A DNA stretch of 64,000 nucleotides from Tubulanus polymorphus (taxonomy: Eukaryota; Animalia; Nemertea), in contig NC_134033.1 in the NCBI RefSeq assembly GCF_964204645.1, forward strand, positions 8,812,655 to 8,876,654, written 5' to 3'. Numbering within the stretch: the stretch's first letter is position 1; every line of letters starts with the position of its first letter. The position numbers were made by a program, and so were the translations under genes. The notes below the pieces were generated by a model, which saw nothing but the letters and a program-made list of their open reading frames with translations, had not been told where the DNA came from and did not search any database. Below are positions 25,149 to 38,053 of the stretch, one piece after another.

Positions 25149-26014
25149 TTTTGGTTTACCTTTGTCAGCGATATGATGTTAGCATTGAGCCAATTCATGT
25201 AAAATCGTAGTTCATTTTTTTTGCGAGCATTTTCATTGGTTCTCGGGTTAAACAACGTATAATCGATGCGATTGAAGACATTGCAAACCTCCGTCGATGA
25301 CATTGTCTCAACTGAGTTAAAATTCTATGAAAAACTGTTTTTGGCGGGAAAATTCTTAGCTCTCGTGTATAAAATTGCAATGACCTCGATTGGGGGCGTC
25401 GTCTCTACGAGCGAATGGGATTGGCTGTTTTTGGGATATACAGGGAATTCCGGCGCTACCATACTAAAATAATTATGGGAAAGCCATAGAATGGTGAACG
25501 TTTCATTGGACTAGGTGCCATATACGTGCGAATTTCAAATGCTCATTGCTGGTGAGAATGTAATTATTATCCGCCATAGGTATTGTTTCTTTTTAATACC
25601 CAGTGATTGTTTTGATTGAGGTGTAAGCGAATATTCACTTACACGTGGCCTCCACGTGCGCGCGGAGTGCTACATGACATACACACAAGCTCGTACAGTA
25701 CACTACTAAGGGTGATGCTGTAACGCGTGCACGTTTGACACGAAAATAGGCTGAATAATCATAGCAGAAGATGAGCGCTGTGTTTTCTGTTCGATAGAAT
25801 TTGTAATAAATTGTAATTTCTTGTGACCTGAAAATACTAAGCAGCAAACTAAAAGGTCTGTCGAGGTCTGAATATTGTAGTGGTAAATTCCAGGATTTAA
25901 ACGATCTAATAGCTGATTTCTTCTGTAACGGTATTTTAGCTTCCGCGGCCAACATTGGAAGAGGTATCCAAGACCCAATATTCAGCCACCCTCTGATATG
26001 TGACATGAATTTTA

Positions 26015-26595
26015 GGCCATCCCAAAATAATGGTCTGTTTGCCGAACCCGACCGACCCGACTTCAAAGGTACCGAGTGAAAACTTTTTTCTGGGATTCAT
26101 TGAAATAAATTTCATTTTTGATAAAAAGGGCCGACCGACCGACCCACTGCCGACGTATGAGCTACATATGTTTGAATTCAAGTGTGCATTGTCGGAAAAC
26201 ATGCCTTGACATGTGGCCTGGTTTAGGTTTTCCAGGAAACTGGCAGTGTTCCAATAAGCTGCCATTCATTCTAATAGTGACTATATTAAAGCTGGTAACG
26301 TAAAAGCGCGCACATATTCAATGTACTGTTTATTTTTTAACACAGAGATGACGCTCTGGACGAAGTTATAATTGTAGAATAATTCTTGAAATCTACGCTA
26401 TTAGACAAATTTTTCCCGTGCACAACGTAGATGATTTGTTGCGATATTGTTTCCATGTAAAAAAGCCCAATGGTGAAAAATTTGTTTTTGTTGCCCAAAA
26501 GTTTTGCCAAAAAAATTGCTACCTACCTACCTACCAAATCATGCTGAAAAGTTGAGTCCGTTTTACGGCAAACAGACAATTATTTTGGGATGGCC
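26015..26595. mobile_element. PIF/Harbinger-ISL2EU-type MITE
   Basis: 30-bp TIR ggccatcccaaaataat(g/t)gtctgtttgccg with TTA on both flanks. The interior is homologous to about 27740-28060. Confidence 0.85.
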
Positions 26596-26869
26596 TTATT
26601 TGAATATTTTTTCATATTGTGAAACATATTTTTTTGAAAATGTAAGTTTCCCTGCCGCGCCTACCTCTACCCTACAAAATATTGGGCGTGGACCGTAAAC
26701 AAATGTATATGTTTGGTCTTATTTGACTACAAAATAATTCTTTAAGACAGATAAAAAACAATATTAACTTGTGGAACTTTGAAGTCACGAATTAAAAAGA
26801 TTTTTCAAGCAATGCCCTTATTCCAAACAACCTCTAGCTTTCAAGGTAAACCACACTTTGCCCATGGGC

Positions 26870-27540
26870 AATTTATTTTTAGGAGTTAATCCGTTAACGC
26901 CGTTACCTTTTCTCTATGGGGATATGGGGTGGTTACCATGTAAATATAAACGTATCAAACATCAGATACGATTTTGGAAGCGAATGATATCTATGCCAAA
27001 TACGAGAATAACTAAGCAAATGTTCTTCTAACCTATGAAAATAGCAATGTTGATACATGGTGTAGAAGATTTTTCAATAGAATATGTACCCCTCTTAATT
27101 GTGTAATTAACTTCACAGATCAGTTGCATATAACAATAGATGACATTTTTACCGTATATAAGGATGCTTGGAAAATATCACTAAACACCAAACCACCAAA
27201 GTTCAGAACTTATAGGACAGTTAAGGAGAATCTTTCCCCCAAAGTTCAGAAACCACCAAAGTTCAGAACTTATAGGACAGTTAAGGAGAATCTTTCCCCC
27301 GAACCTTATATTACATCAAACCTATCTAGATATAAGAGATCGCTATTGGCTCAAATCAGAAGCTGCACCCTGGGTCTACAGATCGAAATTGGACGATACC
27401 GTAATATAAGGCTCGAGGATAAGATCTGGCCTTTTTGTGAAAACAAGGTAGAAAGCGAATTTCATTTTGTCATGGAATGCCCTAAATTTTAAACCCAGAG
27501 ATCTGTTTTATTGAATGAAGTTAAAGATATTGACCCTCAT
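26870..27540 (+). pseudogene. Decayed LINE ORF2, 3' segment continuing 22830-25148
   Basis: FLGVNPLTPLPFLYGDMGW follows RACR at about 25140; C-terminal LQIEIGRY...ESEFHFVMECPKF. A 60-bp tandem duplication lies at about 27190-27300. Confidence 0.85.
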
Positions 27541-30500
27541 GATGGTTTCATTCGTAACTATGGTTAATTGTATACTGATTGAACTTGTTGCTAACCCGAC
27601 CACATAGATAGATTTTTTCTAGTTAAGGCTCTTTTGATAAAGGCAAATGTTTCTCCGATCACTCACAAAATGACTTGCCCGTGACTAGGCTTTTTGATGA
27701 AAATATCCACAGCGCTGTACCTATAACCCAACTTGAGAATTACCGAGTGAAATCTTTTTTCTGAGATTCTTTGAAATGAATTTTCATTTTTTACAGAAAA
27801 AAAAGCAGCTGACCAACCCACTGCCCATTTATGTGGCACAAATGTTTCTATAGGATTTACTTAAATCAGTACGCATCATATGAAAACCTGCCTTGAGGCA
27901 TGGCCTAGTTTAAGTTATCCAGGGAACTAGCAGTGGTACAACTCAACTACCATTCATTCTAGATCTTACAGAGCACATATGTGCCGTCTTTCATTTTGAA
28001 AGCATAGATGACGTTCTGGATGATGAACTAACATTATTCTTGAAATCTAGGCAGGTAAATTCATCAGCATGACTTCAAAGTTTCTTTTCTCTTTGAATTT
28101 CTCATAAAAGTCCATATGAAATTATACGTAAAACTCAGAAAAATAGTCCTCGAAACTAACTAAGATGAGACTTCAATTATAAAACTGCTTCAAATCTGTA
28201 GATTTTCCAGCTTTTCCAGTTTTCTCTCTTAATTGACACAAGATAGCTTTGTCACTTGCTCAGTCTGTCTGAAATCTGTTGCGCTTTCCTTAGTTTGTTA
28301 AAAGAACAAATGAATTTATTTCTGCAAGAAGAAATTGAAAGAATTCTGTCAAATGATAATTGTTTTCCCACTTGATGTCGTATCGGGATATCCCTTGACT
28401 TCTCGCACCGATATGGCTGTTGTGATCGATCCTTCAAAAAAAGTAATTCATACTCGCCGAGGGGTGTTCATTACGGTTTTATCGTAGGCCCAGAAACATT
28501 TTTTCATTAAAGATACAGCAACGTATATTTGGTTGTGATATGAGGCCTTGGTAAGGGACATAAAACCAGTTCTTCTCATGTGTATAAGCAGCTAGGATTT
28601 TTGTTCAGGAAGCCGGTTCATCCCGTATCACGTGACTAATACAGTGTTACGATCCTCATTTCAAAAGTTATCAACTTGTTCAGATTAATCGTTGTCATCA
28701 GATTTACTCTTACAAAAGTTTCAAAGATAAAAAGATGATGCAAAAGTATAGGGGGTGATGATGATCTCGCTCTGCTGGTCTGGCGCGATTGGTAACCGGG
28801 TGAACGGTAAAAGCGTTCAGCGCCTGTTTTACTTATCGTTGCATATTGCATTTCAATGCGTATTTAGGTGACACTGATTTTGTATCTACTACGATGTGTA
28901 TGTATTTTATCGATCGGTTGCATACACCAGACACGCCCGCGCGCGTGGCAACAATAGTAATGTATATAGGCCTACTGTTGCCATGCGTGTACGTGGCGAA
29001 CACTTTCAGATATCATACACTGTGATGAATTTTAGTGAACATTCATCAGTGCATTTTGACTGCAATAATTCAGGGCTCGACATGTAATGCATGAGATGCT
29101 GTAATTGTCATTGAATGAGGACGTGCCATATTGGAAATAGCCATTACCTTCCAAAATATAATAGTCATTTGTGGGTTCAAGATTGCCCCAAGTGCTAGGA
29201 AAACGCCTTTAATTTCAAAAATTTTCTGCTATTCATTCTCCAATTGATACAAAGCTGAATTTGGAATGGGGCCTCCTCACCAAAACTTACTGGAGACAGG
29301 AGGTTTTTCGTGAAAATCTGAATGCAAACATCAGTTTTAAAAGGCTAATCAGGAAGCAAAGTCTCCTCTATGATTGGTTTAGCCGCAAAAGTCAGCAGGT
29401 GTTCACATGAACCTGGGGTATCTTGTCTTACTTCTAGATTTTATTTTAAGATTTAGAATTGTATTTTAAAGGGGTCATGAAGAGGTTTTTGAGATATGGC
29501 TGAAAATATCTTTTACCATCAATTATAACCTATTTATTGATTAAGTGGTCAAGAAATTAATTTTGCATTCTTCAATTTCTGTTAAAACAAGATTTTTGGT
29601 CTGCCGTGCTGATTTATTCTCAACCCTGAAGTGTGATGTCATTCTGAGTACCCAGACCAAAACAACATGGTGTAGTGTATAGAAACGGGTGATACTAACA
29701 GAGATTTAAGTGCAAAATAGTGCCTTTTGCATGAGGGAATTTTCATACATTTTGCGAAAGGTTCGGGGGAAAATGGCTTTTTCAGATGGTTGACCTCAAC
29801 ATGTTAATTAGTGCTTGAATTGCAAATTCAATCAAATTTCATTCAGCAAAATATCAAATCCAATTGAATTTTATTTCATTGAACAAGAACGACACAAAAA
29901 TTTATCAAATGAAAATGAGAATCATGATATATGTTTATTGCTATATGCAATTGCAATTGTTATTTTGAAACATCAACATTGTTGACTTACTGCACATCAA
30001 CTCAGCCTCTTTTATAATTCATAGTAGTTATCAATGTATATAAATGTTACAGATTTTAGAGCATAAAAATCAGCTTGATTTTGTCTCTCTCATTGAATCT
30101 TAATATCCAGTAAATGGGTTGGCACAATCACGTAAAAATACACTATTTTTGAAGTTAAGTGATTCAGGAAAACAAGGACACATTGCATTTGTCAACAATT
30201 GGTTCATTATTGTTCAAATCATTTAACAGACTTGACTACCTCCACTATGTAAGAGTAGCTACTACTCTTTTTAAGAGCTCAATTACTACCAAAATTATCA
30301 TGATACTCTCGAGAGCAAAATAAAAAGCAATTTGATTTCACTTTGAAAAAAAATAACTATTTTAGACATCAAATTATGGTGAAAACTACTACAAATGTAG
30401 ATACCAAGGTAGTCAGGTCTGCTTTAGATTAATTTATTAATATCTCTGTTACAGCCACTGTGTTTTGTTCTCATCATCCCTTAAGTATTTTGATTTTCCT

Positions 30501-30837
30501 ATCTCTTGTTGTACTTTTCCAAAGTTAGCTAGCCCGTCATATGAATTGACAATATTACTAAACATTAAGGTTCATGTCATCACTATCGATAACGTTTTGT
30601 GGCTGTATTGTCAGTTTCACTAATGACACAAATTGATTAAGCTAAGATGACTGTTATTAAGGTTATTAGCTGTAAGATTATCACATGTACGTACAAATTA
30701 CAATCAGAATTGGTAAACAGTCACCATTGTAGTCTTGATCCAGATGTACACGAGTTGGACTATTTGATTAGTAATGTTTTGGTTTAAGCCTCTGTGATTT
30801 TATTTTATAGATTCATCTATTGATTGATTTTAAACAG

Positions 30838-30941
30838 GGCCTCTGCTGTACCATTTCGCCGACATGCCGAAAGAAAAGAGCCTTGAGCTGTCATACGAAG
30901 ATGTAAGATCCATCATCCTGAAAACCGGATTCATTTTCAAG
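30838..30941 (+). CDS. CARNMT1: CARNMT1 internal coding exon
   Basis: taaacAG acceptor, GT donor at 30942. (G)PLLYHFADMPKEKSLELSYEDVRSIILKTGFIFK, which completes the WINLGPLLYH motif across the intron. Confidence 0.96.
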
Positions 30942-31264
30942 GTACATGAAGCTTACCAACCTTTAGAGAGCCCTCTTGCTTTTCTGGCATCGTGTGATTA
31001 AATCGTTACCAGTCCTAAATTACTTATTGGATCATTTCCAAAAATAGTATGAATATTCTATGGAGTTAGATCTATCACAATTAAGGGCCATTTTTTGGCT
31101 TTGAGGTCCATATTTTTATGAATAGCTACTCGTCCTACAGTTTTGATCGGATCGATCTATGACTTTGTACCAATGATCTGATGGGCTCAGGCTTAAAACA
31201 ATATAGAGCTGTTTTTTTGGATTTGACCCCCAGGGGGTGCCCTAGGGCCTCCGACCCATATTTT

Positions 31265-32340
31265 TGGCTCGCATTAGCGAGCCTATGTCAACGGTCTGGC
31301 TGATCGATAATCATTCGTTTGCTTAATACGCTATACTCAAAGCTATTTTCAGCACACTCAAACACAATTTTAGTAGCCTGTAATTTCACTACTAATGGGG
31401 GAATTGAACGGATTAAGCAAAAATATATTTCATAATTGGTTTTTCTTTATGGTGCGCAAAGTTGAAAGCCGTGGCTTTCATATTTATTTAGAAATTTACC
31501 AAAAAGTGTCAAAAATTTGATTTATTTGAGCATGTCTTTTTATGCAGCATCTTTGACTGTCCAAAATTACACATGTGAAAATTCAATGCTATTTGCATCG
31601 GAAGAACTTTATCTTGCCAAGATCTGATGCTTTGTTCGGTAGTTATGGGCTTTCAAAGACAAAACCCCTCGAAATCTTGGTTGTATAAAATTTGTGTTGA
31701 CCTGGTTTTGATTTCCATCATGACGTCATAACATTGAACGAGGTAGGTCAGCTGGGCCGCGTTATTTCACAACAAAATGGCACGATTGAATAGGTTGATA
31801 TTAATCATTTCTAGCGTGAATACTGATACTCAAGGTGTATGATATAACGATTTAATGTGTGCGATGTGTTTAATGATTCATCTAGTTTGATATCCCGTGC
31901 GTAAGGTAACTTTGCGTCATGATATCTGACGAAAATCTGGTTTCAAAATGCAGAATTCATTAATTGAAGCATTAGCGAACCGTTTTGGAGCCTGATTATT
32001 TGTATTAGTTTGTTAATTGCGGCACAGTAATGAGCGTTCGCGTTGAAAACAGTTGTGTTCAGTCGCGTAGGCAATATTGCATTATACTCTCGTGTTCACT
32101 GTGTGTATGTATCAGGTATAGAGTACGCGTGCCACGGTGTAGATGGCGCGTAACAACAATTTATCCGATTGAAGATGTAAGCTACTTAAAGCGATCCTAT
32201 CGTGTAATTGTTAAAAACCATTTCAGTTGATAAACTTTGTTTCGTCAGTAATCTGGCCTCAAATTTGAAGAACTTGGGAGCTTCTGTTTTTGACCCTTTT
32301 TGCGTACCAGTAGGCTACGTGACATGTTTTTTGTTTTTGA
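31265..32340 (+). mobile_element. HINE F2 copy, internally deleted, nested in another tandem-repeat element (about 30960-32535)
   Basis: 5' hairpin gctcgc-atta-gcgagc; colinear with 48743-49900. Confidence 0.8.
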
Positions 32341-32532
32341 CATGTTTTTGTTACGTGTCCCACAGTTTTAGTTGGATCAAGATAAAACTTAATACCAATG
32401 ATCTATGGGCCAAGGCCTAAAACAATTTAGAGCTGTTTTTTGATTCGATTCTCAGGGGGTGCCCAAGGGCCTGGGGCCCATATTTCTATGAATCGCTATT
32501 AGTTTTAGTTAGATCAAGATGAAACTTAATAC

Positions 32533-32536
<4 letters not shown>

Positions 32537-32621
<85 letters not shown>

Positions 32622-32770
32622 AATGATGATAATAATCATAATGATAATTAACACATAGTTAACAGATAAAGATTAATAGGAATAATGATAATGATAACAA
32701 TATTAATACTGATGATAATAGTAGTAATGATAGAAATAATAATAATAGTAAATATACTATTATATTAGTA
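32537..32770. repeat. (TA)n microsatellite of about 80 bp followed by a degenerate (AAT/GAT)n tract
   Basis: Directly visible. Confidence 0.95.
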
Positions 32771-32957
32771 TTAGTCAAGGAGATTCACAGTACAATATTT
32801 ATGGATTGGCTCATTAACAACTATTCAGCTTCTTGACTTTTTTTCACCGTTAACTAAATCAGAAAAATTATCCGGTTCTATATATGGACACCTAAAATTA
32901 TAGATTCCAGATCCTTCATCATCTGCATGTTGAATTTTGTAAGTTATTTTCTTTCAG

Positions 32958-33062
32958 AAAGAAAATCTACACGTAAAATCAGGATATACGCAAAATATAA
33001 ACTCAATGTTATCATATGAGTATGACAGTGTTTTTTTTGTTGTTGAGAAGACACTCTCTTAA
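32958..33062 (+). CDS. CARNMT1: CARNMT1 terminal coding exon
   Basis: ttttctttcAG acceptor, phase 0. KENLHVKSGYTQNINSMLSYEYDSVFFVVEKTLS-stop matches the family C-terminus (YTxNxxSMxxYxYxxxFFV). Confidence 0.93.
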   Translation, partial: KENLHVKSGYTQNINSMLSYEYDSVFFVVEKTLS

Positions 33063-33498
33063 CGCCCTCACATGGATAGAGAAAGTGTATCTGACAAAGA
33101 AATGAGCTTGGACTGTGAATCCACTGCTCCGGAAAAGATGGCTGCTTCCATGCCATTATGTGTGATATCATGAAAAATCTATAATTGTTGATAGTGGTGA
33201 ATGAAAGGTGTATGCTATTTGGAGAATTTTGAGATCGGGTAAATAAATGTAAATGCTATTAGTGGTATTTGACCATGGGTGTGAGCTGGGGATGCATACA
33301 TCTTTTCTGGAATTTTTCATTCTTTGTAAGTTCTGTAATCCTATGCATTAGAGGAAATATGGCATACATGTTACGTTCATGGAAACCCTTGATATAAGAT
33401 TGTCTGGTATTCAGACAAATTCTTCACTTATGTACAAGAAAATGTATGTTGTAATGACATGATAATGATTAAAGAAGCATTGTTTGAATTTTCAACAT

Positions 33499-33504
33499 AA
33501 TAAA
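33499..33504 (+). terminator. Candidate polyadenylation signal of CARNMT1
   Basis: AATAAA about 440 nt after the stop codon, followed by a GT/T-rich stretch. An alternative AATAAA lies at 33242-33247. Confidence 0.45.
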
Positions 33505-33589
33505 AGATTTATACTTATACTACAGTTGTTTATTATGTCCTTCTGGTGCTAGTTAAAATTGTCCTGTTAATATAGTAAGACAACAATTA

Positions 33590-33832
33590 ACTATAGACAT
33601 TTTAGCATTCTCACAAGGAGGATAGACATGAAGGATTGAATTATACAAATTAATCTTAGGTAACAATTGTCAAGACAACAATAAACAGACACTTTAGCAT
33701 CCTGATGAGGAAGATAGACATGAAGGATTGAATTCTGCACCTGACGAGGAGGATAGACATTAAGGATTGAATTAAGCATCCTGACGTGGAGGATAGACAT
33801 GTAGGATTGAATTATACTAGTTAATCTTATGT
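33590..33832. repeat. Minisatellite with ~40-bp units
   Basis: The unit gcatcctgacgaggaggatagacatgaaggattgaatt recurs near 33604, 33697, 33737 and 33776. Confidence 0.85.
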
Positions 33833-34198
33833 AACAAAATCGTCACCTGGAAGTATTACCACTGTAAAATCAGAGTGAATTGCCGCTACTGTAAGGGAAA
33901 ATAAAGGTCTTGAACCGGGACAAGAGGATACACAACAGCTCACTAGAATAAAGGATTCCTTCCAAGAGAGCGATAGATACGCCACCTATCTTTAACATTA
34001 ATTAACAAGTTTCAAGGTCATTGGTTTTTAGCCCGCTTGGGAGGCGTTGAATAGTAGAATAACTTAGTATTTCCTTATTATATTGGTACCTAGGGATATT
34101 TTGTTACCAAGATCGATTGCAAAGTTGTAGCTCTTGACATGTTCTATGATTGTGGTGAGTTTAAAGGTCATTGGTTTTTGTGAATGGTCACCAGGGAG

Positions 34199-34365
34199 TG
34201 TCCCGACCGTGAAAAATAAGATAGATTTTAAATTCAATTTTACTTCTATTCTGAGCAGCCATGTGCTTACTATTGTTACATCAATTTCCTGTATTTAGTA
34301 CATAATTCTGATACTGGCGGCACCACTGCATAGTCTATAGTTATTTTCACCTAGGTTTGGTGACA
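34199..34365 (-). repeat. Probable 3' LTR (167 bp) of the BEL element
   Basis: Bounded by TGTC...GACA and preceded on the minus strand by ccgccgggag, a BEL-type PPT position. It abuts an F1 repeat unit. Confidence 0.65.
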
Positions 34366-37190
34366 CTCCCGGCGGAGAAGACGATACACGCATGAAGTAA
34401 TAAAGAACCTCCAAACGCTGGGTTCTTAATAATATATAATTAGAACCTCTGAACACTGGGTTCTTAATATAGAAATAGAACCTGTGAACACTGGGTTCTT
34501 AATAATAAACTCAAAAATCATTCAATCACTTCGATTTTAAAGTACAGCACAGTTGATGTGCGCGAAACGCAAAATCGACACTGGGTTCTTAATAATTAAC
34601 TCAAAAATCATTCAATCACTTCGATTTTAAAGTACAGCACAGTTGATGTGCGCGAAACGCAAAATCGTTTTAACATAAATTATATCCTATTTAATGTCAG
34701 TTCAATTCGATACTTCATAGACGATTGTCACTGATGAAGTCCTGTAAAAGTTCTCTGGCTTTCACGGCAGCTTTCCTAACCGGTCGTTTTAGGATAATGT
34801 TTTCGGTGGGTGGTTCGATTTCTCCATCCGATTGTGATGACTCGCTACTTTCCACTTTTCCGGGACACTCTAATGGATATAGTGTATTGATTGCGTCTGT
34901 TAGTATTTCCTGATGGAAGTTTTACCACTACAGAACGACATTCTCCATCTGAGCTTGACAATTTTTCTTCAATTTTCCCAAATTTCCAGGAACCTCAGGG
35001 CAAATTGTCTTTTATCAAAACAATATCCCCAACCTCAGGCACAAATGGTGACTGAATGAGGCGCTTTTAATGCAAACTTTTTTCTTTCTCGCAGACTGAG
35101 AAGATAGTCTTTATAGAATTTATTCATAGATAGAATTTATTCAGGTGTATTTGACCCTTTTCCACAGACTAGCCATTTTTTCTCCAGAACTCATTCCAGG
35201 CTGCTCATAATCTGGGTCATCAATTTCATCATCGATATAAACATTATCAGCTGGAATTCCTGTCTTAGTCTTAATAGACAAGAAATCCCCAGGTGTTAAG
35301 GCAACACCAGAGTTTATATCTTCACCAACATACACGATAGGTCTCGAATTGTATTGCCTTAACTGTAAGGCAGGTAAACAGACAAACCCAGATTTTCATT
35401 ACTTCATTTGCTTCTCGAATGTACAGAGGACCAAAATAGTCCAAGCCAGTATAAGTAAATGGAAGAGATCTACAGACTCTTTCTTTCGGCAGTGGTGGCA
35501 TGTCAGGTGCTTTAAACGGTCCACCTTCATAAAACCGGCAAGTTCTGCAGCTTTTTATGACTGTTGACTTCAACTCTACCGCTTGGACCCAGTACTCACT
35601 GCGAACATCAGCTAATGTCTGGGATGATTGTAGATTCTCACTGTGTAGATTCTTTTGATGATAATGGGTTATTATCAGATTAGTATATTCATTTTTCTTT
35701 GGTAGTAATTTTGGCTGTCTACTACCTTCTGACATGTCGCTATTCACCAGCCTACCAGCACATCTGATGACAGAATTTTCATCTAGGAACAAACCTAACT
35801 TCTGTTTCAGTGTGTTTTTCTGGTTATGTTTTACAGCATAAAGTACATCAGCATATGTCGATTTCTGAGTGGCTTTATCCCACATCAGTTAAGCTGTCTC
35901 CAATAATTCAGCTGACAGTTCAGAATCAACTTTTTTCTTCAACAAAATGTCGAGGAATTTTATGATCCATGCCGTCACTCTCAAGAGTTTTAACCAAGTT
36001 GAATAATTTTTTGCTTCAAGACCAAAGGGACCTAGGTTTCTTCCTGTTAGGCCCTCCCCAGCCACGAGTTTTAACTCGCTTGAAACGACTTCCTTGAAAC
36101 TGACAATGATCTCTGAACCTACTGTTTTCTGGATATCTTCTGAGTTTAAGTACATCAGTATTCCAGGATGGCCATTTATCATGAGATACCAGTAACCACT
36201 CTGGGCCACGCAACCAACTCATGTTGTTTTTAATTTCTTCACAGGTTTTCGGTTTTGTGGCGAGATCAGCTGGGTTTATTTCTGATGCTATATATCGGAA
36301 TTGTATATCTTCAGACTTCAAAATTTCAGTTATCCTGTTTTTGACAAATACAGATAACCTTTTCTTTGTTTTCAGCCATTTGAGGACACGTTGTGAGTCG
36401 GTCCACAAAACTCTACTTTCAATTGGCAAAGAAAGCCCATTTTCAATTAATTTCAAACTCCTAACTCCTATCAAGACAGCTAAGAGTTCCATACGAGGAA
36501 TACACATGTAGTTATCTTATTCCCTTTAGGAGCTAAACGAGCTTTAGCAAATACCAGGTTAACACGACAGACGTCACCGATAGTTACTCTTAAGTATACA
36601 ACAGCAGAGTATACACGATTTGAAGCATCACAGAAGCACAACAGGTGATAAATTTCTTTATCACCACTACCAATATAGCGTGGTATTTCTATGTACTGTA
36701 AGTTCTTCACCTCTCGAGAAATTTTCTGCCATTCTTTCATTTTGGCTGAATCCAGTTCATCATCCCATTTCATCTCTTCACTCCATAATTTGTGGAGAAA
36801 TAGTTTGCCATCAATAACAATAGGCGCCATATACCCCATAGGGTCATACACCGATGCAATTTCACTAAGTACTGTCCGCTTAGTTACGGTCTCATATGTA
36901 GAATCGTGAGGCGAAGGAATTTTTAAGGTATAATCAACAGTAGACCACCAATTACCCATCACCTTCAATAATTTTCTTTCATCAGGATCACTCTCTGGTA
37001 TACTGTTTAAAAATTTGCTTGAGTTCGAGGCGAATTCTCTTAAATTCATACCTGCACTGTGAAACAATTGTTTTGCTTCATGGTAGAAATTAAGGGATTT
37101 TTCATCATTCTGACAACCAGTGACTACGTTGTCCACATAGATGTTTTTTCTTATTTTCTTAGCCACTTCAGTGTCAGCTTCTCGCATGAT
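34199..37190 (-). mobile_element. BEL/Pao LTR retrotransposon, 3' half, decayed (RT-RNaseH-integrase + 3' LTR)
   Basis: RT IYVDNVVTG; TKRTVLSEIASVYDPMG; RNase H CFCDAS, AKARLAP, IPRMELLA, WTDS, NPADLAT; integrase H/C zinc motif, GLDYFGP, WVCLFTC. Several frameshifts. Confidence 0.93.
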
Positions 37191-37622
37191 ATTCATCATT
37201 TAGTTTGTGAATATATCTACGATTTTTCAAGCTATTTTTCAATTTTTATACTTTTTATTGCATATTTCACAACATTTAATATTATCAATTCTGTCTGAAA
37301 TATAATTGGTATTATCTTTTAATTCAGCCTATCTAATTTTGCAATTATCATAAAATTCTAATAATTTTCGTAATGAGTAAATTGAAACTGAAAACATTCC
37401 CGAAATCATAATAATTAAATTGATAATCTCTTGATTGCTATAAATAACATGTTATAAATTTAATATATTTTCACTCATTTAATTAGGAAAAAATATATAT
37501 TTAATTAATTCATCAGTTAATCTGATTCATTAACTTTTTTATTATTATTATTTCTATTATTATTTCCATTCAACTTCTTTAATATTTTAGTTAACTTCAT
37601 ATTTTCATTAAACAATTCTTTA

Positions 37623-38053
37623 GGGGTCGTCCATTTATTACGTATGCATTTTTTTCGGTAAAATCAGACCCCCTCCCCTTGTACACACTTGTACGCAAAT
37701 CATTTACCCCCTCCCCTTTGCGCACGTGCTGACCTTCGAAGTTACCCCCCCCCCCCCATAGTGTGTCTAACAGAAAAAGAAAGACTCGAGAAAAGACTAT
37801 TGTTTTTATTGATTAGACCAGGGAAGTGTGATTAGACCTACTTTCATTACGTTTGTACTAAGAGTCGCGAGTTCTTGAACTGGGATGAGTCCACTGTGTA
37901 CAATAGACAATGTATGAGGTATACAGGGAATGCTCACGATTTGTTTATGGTGCGTACCGAACTCATCAGAATTATACCCCCTCTGTACGCACATGCAAGC
38001 AATTTAATAAGACCCCCCCCCCTACGATGCATACGTAATAAATGGACGACCCC
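37623..38053. mobile_element. PIF/Harbinger MITE
   Basis: Perfect 27-bp TIR ggggtcgtccatttattacgtatgcat; TTA at 37620-37622 and 38054-38056. Confidence 0.92.

Noticed and set aside
32944-33171. 75-aa minus-strand ORF
   Set aside because: Antisense to the terminal CARNMT1 exon.
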